Source: an uncultured beta proteobacterium
GTDB lineage: Bacteria; Pseudomonadota; Gammaproteobacteria; Burkholderiales; SG8-41
Direction: 5' to 3'
DNA: 64,000 nucleotides
Assembly: GCA_903905655.1 (NCBI GenBank)
Contig: CAIVHG010000036.1
Coordinates: forward strand, 10,142-74,141
Position 1 is the stretch's first letter, and each line of letters begins with the position of its first letter. Position numbers and translations under genes: made by a program. The notes under the pieces are model-generated. The model was not told the origin of the DNA. It searched no databases and worked only from the letters and a program-made list of their open reading frames with translations. Below are positions 26,541 to 35,456 of this stretch, in pieces.

Positions 26541-26601
26541 ATCGTAGCCCCAATGATAATCCGGAGTGCTGGAGTAAGCGAGCCCGAATCAAACGCGCCG
26601 A

Positions 26602-26617
26602 TGTTTCACGTGAAACA
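26602..26617. promoter_or_regulatory. parS: parS centromere site, perfect TGTTTCACGTGAAACA
   Basis: Exact 16-bp palindromic parS consensus, embedded in a perfect 26-bp palindrome (26597-26622, GCCGATGTTTCACGTGAAACATCGGC). Lies in the mnmG/mnmE spacer, 3.5 kb from parAB. Confidence 0.85.
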
Positions 26618-26631
26618 TCGGCAACCGGCGA

Positions 26632-27948
26632 CTATTTCCCGATGCAGAAATGGGAAAAGATTTCACCGAGCAAATCATCTGCCGTATAGGCGCCGGTGAT
26701 CGCCTCCAGCGCGCGCTGCGCGAGCCTCAACTCTTCGGCGCAAAGCTCAGCTTGGCCGACAGAAGCGTCAGCGCGATGCACGTGCTCCGTGGCGAGTCGC
26801 AAGGCCTTGAGATGCCGCTCGCGCGCCATCAAAAGGCCTTCACCGCTCGCACGGAAACCCACGGCATCCAAAATTGCGGCGCGCAACTGATCGATGCCTT
26901 CGCCTGTCTTGGCTGACACTGAAACCGCATTCCCCCAGGGCGCCCTCCGCCCTTCGGCAACCAGGTCGATCTTGTTTACAACGCGCAACTGCCGCGCTGA
27001 CATGGAGAGTGGCGGTTCCGCTCCCGCAGACTGCTCCGATGCGCTGCTCACCCACAACACCAGGTCGGCATCTGCAACGGCACCCTGGGTTCTGGCAATG
27101 CCGATCTCCTCAACCTTGTCTCGAGGTTCGCGCAACCCCGCAGTGTCGGTCAAATGCAGCGGCACCCCGCTCAAGTTGATCACTTCACGTATCGGATCGC
27201 GGGTCGTGCCCGGAACATCGGTCACGATAGCGACGTCTTTGCCGGCCAGGCAATTCATTAGGCTGGACTTGCCGACATTCGGCGCTCCCGCCAACACGAC
27301 GCGTATGCCTTCGCGCAGCAAACTCCCCCTGCTCGAGGCTTCGGTCACTTGCGCAAGCACAGCCTTGAGGCATTCGATCCGAACACGCACATCCGCCTGG
27401 TGGACGAGTTCAAGGTCCTCTTCAGGGAAATCCAGGCCCGCTTCGATGAGCGCACGCAGCGCAATCAACTGCTGCACCAGGGTATCAATGCGCTGGGAAA
27501 ACTCTCCGGCAAGCGAACGCATGGAGCAGCGCGCAGCCTCTGCCGTTGCGGCCTCGATCAGGTCGCTGACGCCCTCTGCTTGTGCGAGGTCGAGCTTGCC
27601 GTTCAAGAATGCGCGTTTGGTGAATTCCCCCGGCTCGGCCGGACGCGCCCCGAGCGCAAGGCACCGCTGCAGCAGTAGCTGCATGACGACCGGTCCACCG
27701 TGGCCGTGCAACTCGATCACATCCTCGCCGGTATAGGAATGAGGGGCCCGAAAATAAAGCACCAGCCCCTGGTCAAGCAATGCTCCGTCGGCGTCGCGAA
27801 AATCGGCGCGCGTCGCGCGCCGTGGTTCTATGTCCCTGCCCGCAATCGCGTGCAGCATCGGGGCGAGCCCGCCCCCTGAAATACGCACCACCCCTATGCC
27901 GCCCCGTCCCGGCGGCGTTGCGATCGCGGCTATGACCTCATTTGCCAT
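26632..27948 (-). CDS. mnmE: tRNA modification GTPase MnmE (TrmE)
   Basis: Start set to ATG 27948 (MANEVIAAIATPPGRGGIGVVRISG). G1 motif GAPNVGKSSLMN, C-terminal CIGK. The ORF-track start at 27975 is 9 codons upstream. Confidence 0.95.
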   Translation of the reverse strand: MANEVIAAIATPPGRGGIGVVRISGGGLAPMLHAIAGRDIEPRRATRADFRDADGALLDQGLVLYFRAPHSYTGEDVIELHGHGGPVVMQLLLQRCLALGARPAEPGEFTKRAFLNGKLDLAQAEGVSDLIEAATAEAARCSMRSLAGEFSQRIDTLVQQLIALRALIEAGLDFPEEDLELVHQADVRVRIECLKAVLAQVTEASSRGSLLREGIRVVLAGAPNVGKSSLMNCLAGKDVAIVTDVPGTTRDPIREVINLSGVPLHLTDTAGLREPRDKVEEIGIARTQGAVADADLVLWVSSASEQSAGAEPPLSMSARQLRVVNKIDLVAEGRRAPWGNAVSVSAKTGEGIDQLRAAILDAVGFRASGEGLLMARERHLKALRLATEHVHRADASVGQAELCAEELRLAQRALEAITGAYTADDLLGEIFSHFCIGK

Positions 27949-29578
27949 GAGCCGCGGTCTTGGCCTCCTCCACACTGCGCATAACGTACCACTGCTGGGC
28001 GATTGATAGCACGTTATTCACTACCCAATACAAAACGAGGCCGGCGGGGAAAAAGAAAAACATGATGCTGAATGCAATCGGCATGATCTTCATGACCTTG
28101 GCCTGCACTGGATCGGGGGGCACCGGGTTCAGGTAGGTCTGGAATATCATGGTCGCGCCCATCAGCACCGGCAATACGTAATACGGATCCTGTGCCGAAA
28201 GGTCGTGTATCCATAGCATGAACGGCGCTTGGCGCAGTTCAACGCTGGCCAACAAAACCCAATAAAGAGCAATGAAAACAGGTATTTGCACAACAACCGG
28301 CAGGCACCCGCCCAGGGGATTGATCTGCTCCTTCTTGTAGAGCTCCATCATCGCCTGGTTCAGCCGCGTTCGGTCGTCGCCGTACTGTTCCTTCAACCTT
28401 TGAATCCGCGGCGCCATCACCCGCATCCGCGCCATCGAACGGTAGCTTGTTGCAGAGAGCGGATAGAAAACCGCTTTGATCGCCATCGTCAGGATGATGA
28501 TTGCAAGCCCCCAGTTCTTGACCCACTGGTGCAACCATTGCAGGAACCAGAATAGCGGCTTGGCGATCACGGTAAGCCAACCGTAATCGACCGTGAGATC
28601 CAGGCCGGGCGCGAGCCGTGCAAGCTTGTCTTGCTCTTGCGGCCCCGCGTAGAGCGGCACGGTAAGCATCCGTGACTGCTGCGGCTCGATATTGCCCATA
28701 GACAGGATCACGCCTGCGGCATACGTGCCGCTGCTCAGCCGCCGCGTATAGAACTCGCGCGGCGCCCCGTCAGCAGGTAGCCATGCGCTCAAGAAATAAT
28801 GTTGCAAAAACGCGATCCATCCATCATTGCTTTTTGTTGGATAGGCAATCTTGCCTTTATCTACGTCGCTAAACGCGATCTTTTGAAACTTTGCCTGATC
28901 GGTATAGACCGCCATTCCGGTATAGGTCGGAAGCATCTTGGAATCACCTACCGGAGGTACGCTGTCACGCACGAGTTGAAAATAGGCATCTGGTGCAATC
29001 GGCGCAGCCCCCAGATTTTCAACTTGATAGCCCACATCAATCACATAGCTGCCGCGGTGGAACGTGTAGGTCTTGGTGGCTTGCACACCATTGACCGCGG
29101 GCGCAGTCAAACGCAACACCACGCTGTCAGCGCCAGGTGCGAGCTTTAGGTTGGAATCGGTCGTGCTGTAGCGAGTAAAGTGATTGGGCAAGCCGCCGCC
29201 AATCAACCCTGACTGCGCAATCTCCATTCTTTCCGGCCCCACCTGCAGCAACATGAAATGCTTCGTATTGTCGACGGCATCCTGGTGGGCCAGCAGTTCC
29301 AGGCTGCGCAAATCAGCGCCTGCGGTATCGATCTCCGCTACCAGCAGATCGGTTTCGACGCGCACGACCTCCCCATGCTGCAGCTTTTCGGCCCCACCCG
29401 CCGGAGGAGTCGCCGATGGCGCTTGAGACACCGAAGGCGCCGGCACAGCCGCCGGATTTGCGGCAGTCGGCTGCACACTAGGAGGGCGAACTTGGGCGCC
29501 CTCAATGTGCCATTCCGCCATCAGGAAATACACTGACATGGCGAACACGATGAAGAGCATTAATCGTTTGGTATCCAT
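27938..29578 (-). CDS. yidC: membrane protein insertase YidC
   Basis: 546 aa. N-terminal TM, large periplasmic domain, C-terminal 5-TM core (GCLPVVVQIPVFIALYWVL). Confidence 0.96.
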   Translation of the reverse strand: MDTKRLMLFIVFAMSVYFLMAEWHIEGAQVRPPSVQPTAANPAAVPAPSVSQAPSATPPAGGAEKLQHGEVVRVETDLLVAEIDTAGADLRSLELLAHQDAVDNTKHFMLLQVGPERMEIAQSGLIGGGLPNHFTRYSTTDSNLKLAPGADSVVLRLTAPAVNGVQATKTYTFHRGSYVIDVGYQVENLGAAPIAPDAYFQLVRDSVPPVGDSKMLPTYTGMAVYTDQAKFQKIAFSDVDKGKIAYPTKSNDGWIAFLQHYFLSAWLPADGAPREFYTRRLSSGTYAAGVILSMGNIEPQQSRMLTVPLYAGPQEQDKLARLAPGLDLTVDYGWLTVIAKPLFWFLQWLHQWVKNWGLAIIILTMAIKAVFYPLSATSYRSMARMRVMAPRIQRLKEQYGDDRTRLNQAMMELYKKEQINPLGGCLPVVVQIPVFIALYWVLLASVELRQAPFMLWIHDLSAQDPYYVLPVLMGATMIFQTYLNPVPPDPVQAKVMKIMPIAFSIMFFFFPAGLVLYWVVNNVLSIAQQWYVMRSVEEAKTAAHGK

Positions 29579-29618
29579 TAGTCCGCATTATCCAAAAAGA
29601 AGGGTCCGAAACCGCGCG

Positions 29619-29993
29619 TCACTGCACCCCGGATCGACCCGTACTCGCTGCGGCGACTCTGACATCGCACTTGCTGCGCACCCGCCCAATCAAGCTGCGC
29701 ATCTCTGCCTGCGCGCGTGCGTTCATCGCACGCACCAGCGCCGTGCGCGCGCGGACGACGATATCCAGCCCGCAAAAAACCGCGCGCTCACGCCGTAGCA
29801 CTTCGCGCGCAAGGCGTTTACAGTAATTGCGGCTTACCGCGCTGCGCATGACCCGCTTGCTGACAATGACGCCAAAGCGCGCGCGCGAAATACCGTTCGG
29901 CCGACCGTACACCTCAAAAAGCGTCCCCACCGCCGAACACCGGAAGGCAAACACCGGCGCATAAGCATTGCGACCCGTCAGGCGGGCCTGCAC
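29619..29993 (-). CDS. rnpA: ribonuclease P protein component
   Basis: Frame contains ARFGVIVSKRVMRSAVSRNYCKRLAREVLR...DIVVRAR (the RNR-motif region of RnpA). No ATG is available, so the start is tentatively GTG 29993, 26 nt after the rpmH stop. The ORF-track ORF 29619-30218 reads through rpmH in another frame. Confidence 0.8.
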   Translation of the reverse strand: MQARLTGRNAYAPVFAFRCSAVGTLFEVYGRPNGISRARFGVIVSKRVMRSAVSRNYCKRLAREVLRRERAVFCGLDIVVRARTALVRAMNARAQAEMRSLIGRVRSKCDVRVAAASTGRSGVQ

Positions 29994-30019
29994 GCGGGGC
30001 GGCTTAATTGCGGTTTCGA

Positions 30020-30154
30020 TCAAACGGCGAGGCGCTCGCGCCCCTTGGCGCGGCGCGCGCGCAATACAGAGCGGCCCGCGCGCGTTTTCATGCGCACCCT
30101 GAAACCATGGGTGCGTTTGCGGCGGGTCGTTGAAGGTTGGTAGGTGCGTTTCAT
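30020..30154 (-). CDS. rpmH: 50S ribosomal protein L34
   Basis: Hand translation of the minus strand from ATG 30154 gives [44 protein letters not shown] (44 aa, textbook L34). Absent from the ORF track because it is under 60 aa. Confidence 0.95.
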   Translation of the reverse strand: MKRTYQPSTTRRKRTHGFRVRMKTRAGRSVLRARRAKGRERLAV

Positions 30155-30173
30155 GATCTTTGCCTCGAGCGAA

Positions 30174-30182
30174 TGTGCAAAA
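30174..30182 (-). promoter_or_regulatory. DnaA-box-like site (TTTTGCACA on minus strand; fits TTWTNCACA)
   Basis: Plus strand reads TGTGCAAAA in the rpmH-dnaA divergent spacer. Confidence 0.35.
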
Positions 30183-30263
30183 ACCTGCTATTACAACCGC
30201 TAAGCCCATCCTTGTCAATGGACGGCGGTATATCCCAAGATCATCCGCTTGATCCGGCGGGCT

Positions 30264-30272
30264 TGTGGATAA
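30264..30272 (-). promoter_or_regulatory. DnaA box, perfect consensus (plus strand TGTGGATAA)
   Basis: Exact 9/9 match, 66 nt upstream of the dnaA ATG. This is the classical position for dnaA autoregulation or origin boxes. Confidence 0.6.
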
Positions 30273-30337
30273 CCTTGCCCAAAGGCGATAAAATCAGTTT
30301 CGCCTTCAGCATTTTGCGCCACCTCTAGACTTTTAAT

Positions 30338-31678
30338 ATGCCCGTGATTCCCGACGTAAATAGCTTTTGGCGCTCCTGTTTAAGCCATTTCGAACAGCAG
30401 CTGCCCGCCCAGCAATTCAAGACTTGGATCAAGCCGCTCCAGTTTCATGCGGTCGGCCAAGCCGCGACGCTGACGGCGCCGAACCGGTTTGTATTGCAGT
30501 GGATTCGTGACCGTTTTTTTGCCGAAATCCAGCGGCTCGCCACAGAGGGTCTGGGGCCGGATATCAAGATCAACCTGATCCTCGCAGAAAAGGAACAGCC
30601 CGCGTCATCCAAGCCGGTCGCCAGCGAACCCCATACTGCAAGACCCAGTACGCGCGACATTTCACGCCTCAATCCTGATTTCACCTTCGATACATTCGTG
30701 ACCGGCAAGGCGAACGAGCTTGCGCGGGCCGCCGCCATTCAGGTCGCCGAACGGCCGGGCCGAGCCTACAACCCTCTTTTTATCTATGGTGGCGTCGGCC
30801 TTGGCAAAACCCATTTGACGCATGCAATCGGCAACCTGCTCCAGGAACGAAACCCCGCCAGCCGTATCCGGTATATACACGCCGAACAATACGTGTCCGA
30901 CGTGGTGCGCGCCTATCAGCACAAATCATTCGACGATTTCAAGCATTATTATCACTCGCTCGATCTGTTGTTGATCGACGACATTCAGTTCATCTGCGGA
31001 AAGAACCGCACGCAGGAAGAGTTCTTCTACGCGTTCAACGCGCTCATCGAGGCGCGCAAGCAACTTGTAATCACGTGCGACACCTATCCGCGGGAAATTT
31101 CCGGGATTGAGAACCGCCTGATTTCCCGGTTTGGATGGGGTTTGACGGTCGCGGTCGACCCCCCGGAACTCGAAATGCGCGTTGCGATCGTGCTCAAGAA
31201 AGCGGAAGCGGAAGCTGTCGCCCTAGACGAATCGGTCGCGTTTTTCATTGCCAGCCACAGCCAGACTAACGTCCGGGAACTGGAAGGCGCGCTCAAGCGC
31301 ATCATCGCTTACGCGCGCTTCACCGGCCTGCCGATTTCGATCGATCTTTGCCGCGGGGCACTCAAGGACCTGCTTGCCCTGCAAAGCCGCCAGGTCTCCA
31401 TCGACAACATTCAAAAAACCGTTGCCGACTATTACAAGATCAAGGTCTCCGAGATGTATTCCAAGAAGCGTAGCCGAAACATTGCGCGCCCCCGGCAGAT
31501 AGCGATGGCCCTTGCCAAGGAACTCACCCATCTGAGTCTGCCTGACATCGGGGAAGCCTTTGGCGGACGCGACCACACGACCGTCCTGCACGCCTGCCGC
31601 AAGGTCGCTGCGCTCAAGGCCACGAGCCATGAAATTACGCGTGACTTTGATTCGCTGCTCAACGTGCTGCGTACCTAA
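30338..31678 (+). CDS. dnaA: chromosomal replication initiator protein DnaA
   Basis: 446 aa. Walker [12 protein letters not shown], the AAA+ region and the C-terminal DNA-binding helix ([15 protein letters not shown]). Confidence 0.98.
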   Translation: MPVIPDVNSFWRSCLSHFEQQLPAQQFKTWIKPLQFHAVGQAATLTAPNRFVLQWIRDRFFAEIQRLATEGLGPDIKINLILAEKEQPASSKPVASEPHTARPSTRDISRLNPDFTFDTFVTGKANELARAAAIQVAERPGRAYNPLFIYGGVGLGKTHLTHAIGNLLQERNPASRIRYIHAEQYVSDVVRAYQHKSFDDFKHYYHSLDLLLIDDIQFICGKNRTQEEFFYAFNALIEARKQLVITCDTYPREISGIENRLISRFGWGLTVAVDPPELEMRVAIVLKKAEAEAVALDESVAFFIASHSQTNVRELEGALKRIIAYARFTGLPISIDLCRGALKDLLALQSRQVSIDNIQKTVADYYKIKVSEMYSKKRSRNIARPRQIAMALAKELTHLSLPDIGEAFGGRDHTTVLHACRKVAALKATSHEITRDFDSLLNVLRT

Positions 31679-31693
31679 CAAGCTGTGTAGCTT

Positions 31694-31828
31694 ATGTGCA
31701 CATCTGGACTAATTTCCGCACTACTGCAATTTGTGCACAATTCGCCCACATTAGATTCCGCGACTTGTCCACGGAAAACGAAGCCCTAGAACCCATGTTG
31801 CCAGACCTTCTACGTATATCTATCCACA
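31694..31828 (+). promoter_or_regulatory. cluster of four co-oriented DnaA-box-like sites in the dnaA-dnaN spacer
   Basis: ATGTGCACA (31694-31702, inside the 10-bp palindrome ATGTGCACAT), TTGTGCACA (31731-31739, inside the palindrome TTGTGCACAA), TTGTCCACG (31765-31773) and CTATCCACA (31820-31828, 8/9). All read on the plus strand. Confidence 0.5.
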
Positions 31829-31841
31829 ACAAAGCCGACAG

Positions 31842-31857
31842 TAACTACTACTACTAG
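31842..31857 (-). repeat. trinucleotide array C(TAG)4TTA on the minus strand (DnaA-trio-like)
   Basis: Plus strand reads TAACTACTACTACTAG. It lies 13 nt from the CTATCCACA box and is flanked by AT-rich AAAGAATTTAGAT running into the dnaN ATG. Confidence 0.45.
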
Positions 31858-31870
31858 AAAGAATTTAGAT

Positions 31871-32980
31871 ATGAAACTAGTACAGGCAAAGCGGGATGAT
31901 TTGCTCAAACCGTTGCAGGCGGTCTCGGGAATCGTCGAGAAACGACACACGCTTCCTATTCTGTCGAACGTTCTGCTCGAACGCATTGATGATAAACTGT
32001 CCCTACTCGCGACAGATCTCGAGATTCAGGTTTCGACGCGCTTCGTCTGCCCACAGAAAAATGCCGAACCCTACCTGGTCACTGTCTCTGCCCGTAAGCT
32101 GCTCGATATCTTGCGCTCCCTGCCAGAATCTGCAGACGTCAGCTTGGAGGCGCAGGCTAACCGTTTGCAGGTGCGCTCAGGCAAGAGTCGCTTCAATTTG
32201 CAGAGCTTGCCGGCGGAAGATTTCCCGAAGCTTGCCCTAAGTGCAGCGAAGCGCGACCAGATAGAGGTCACGCAAAGGACCTTGAGATCCCTGCTGCTTA
32301 AAGTCCAATACGCGATGGCACAGCAGGACATACGGTATTACCTGAACGGCATGTTGCTGGTGACCGATGGCGATCAGCTAAAAGCTGTTGCCACAGATGG
32401 CCATCGACTAGCTTACGCAAGCGCAACGCTCTCCGAACCTGTCGATGCTCATGAAGTGATTCTGCCGCGCAAAGCAATCCAGGAACTGATTAAATTGCTA
32501 GCCGATACCGAAGACCCGGTGACCACGGAGTTCATGCAGAATCAAGTACTGTTTCGCATCGGCGACGTGGAATTGATCACCAAAGTCGTGGACGGCAAGT
32601 TTCCCGACTACACCCGGGTCATACCCGTCAACTACAAGAAGAGTTTTGAAATAGAGCGTAGCACCCTGCAGCAGGCGCTCCAGCGCGTATCGATCCTCTC
32701 AAACGAAAAGTTTCGCGGCGTGCGCTGGACGCTCAGCGAATCTCAGCTGCGCATTGCCTGCACAAACGCAGAGCAGGAAGAGGCGTTCGAAGAACTGGAT
32801 ACCGGCTACAAAGGCGAACCGCTCGATATCGGATTCAACGTGAGTTACCTGCTCGATGTGCTGGGTAATCTTTCCAGCGAGCAGGTGACGTGCTCATTCG
32901 GTGACGCCAACAGCAGCGTTCTGGTCACGATACCCGAAGACAGGGAATTCCGGTATGTAGTCATGCCGATGCGTATTTGA
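31871..32980 (+). CDS. dnaN: DNA polymerase III subunit beta (sliding clamp)
   Basis: 369 aa. MKLVQAKRDDLLKPLQAVSGIVEKRHTLPILSNVLLE start, C-terminal VVMPMRI. Confidence 0.97.
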   Translation: MKLVQAKRDDLLKPLQAVSGIVEKRHTLPILSNVLLERIDDKLSLLATDLEIQVSTRFVCPQKNAEPYLVTVSARKLLDILRSLPESADVSLEAQANRLQVRSGKSRFNLQSLPAEDFPKLALSAAKRDQIEVTQRTLRSLLLKVQYAMAQQDIRYYLNGMLLVTDGDQLKAVATDGHRLAYASATLSEPVDAHEVILPRKAIQELIKLLADTEDPVTTEFMQNQVLFRIGDVELITKVVDGKFPDYTRVIPVNYKKSFEIERSTLQQALQRVSILSNEKFRGVRWTLSESQLRIACTNAEQEEAFEELDTGYKGEPLDIGFNVSYLLDVLGNLSSEQVTCSFGDANSSVLVTIPEDREFRYVVMPMRI

Positions 32981-32999
32981 ATTCACGCAACATCTATAA

Positions 33000-35426
<2,427 letters not shown>

Positions 35427-35427
35427 T

Positions 35428-35449
35428 TCGGGCGCCCTTGCGCGCCCGA
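35428..35449. terminator. 8-bp GC-rich hairpin between convergent gyrB and topB
   Basis: TCGGGCGC-ccttgc-GCGCCCGA in the 30-nt spacer. There is no U-tract on either side, so terminator function is only inferred. Confidence 0.35.
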
Positions 35450-35456
35450 GGTGGGA

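Noticed and set aside
26541-26631. The mnmG-adjacent spacer as oriC (the E. coli-type location)
   Set aside because: It is only 91 bp, contains no DnaA-box-like 9-mer and no AT-rich tract. Its single notable element is the parS palindrome.
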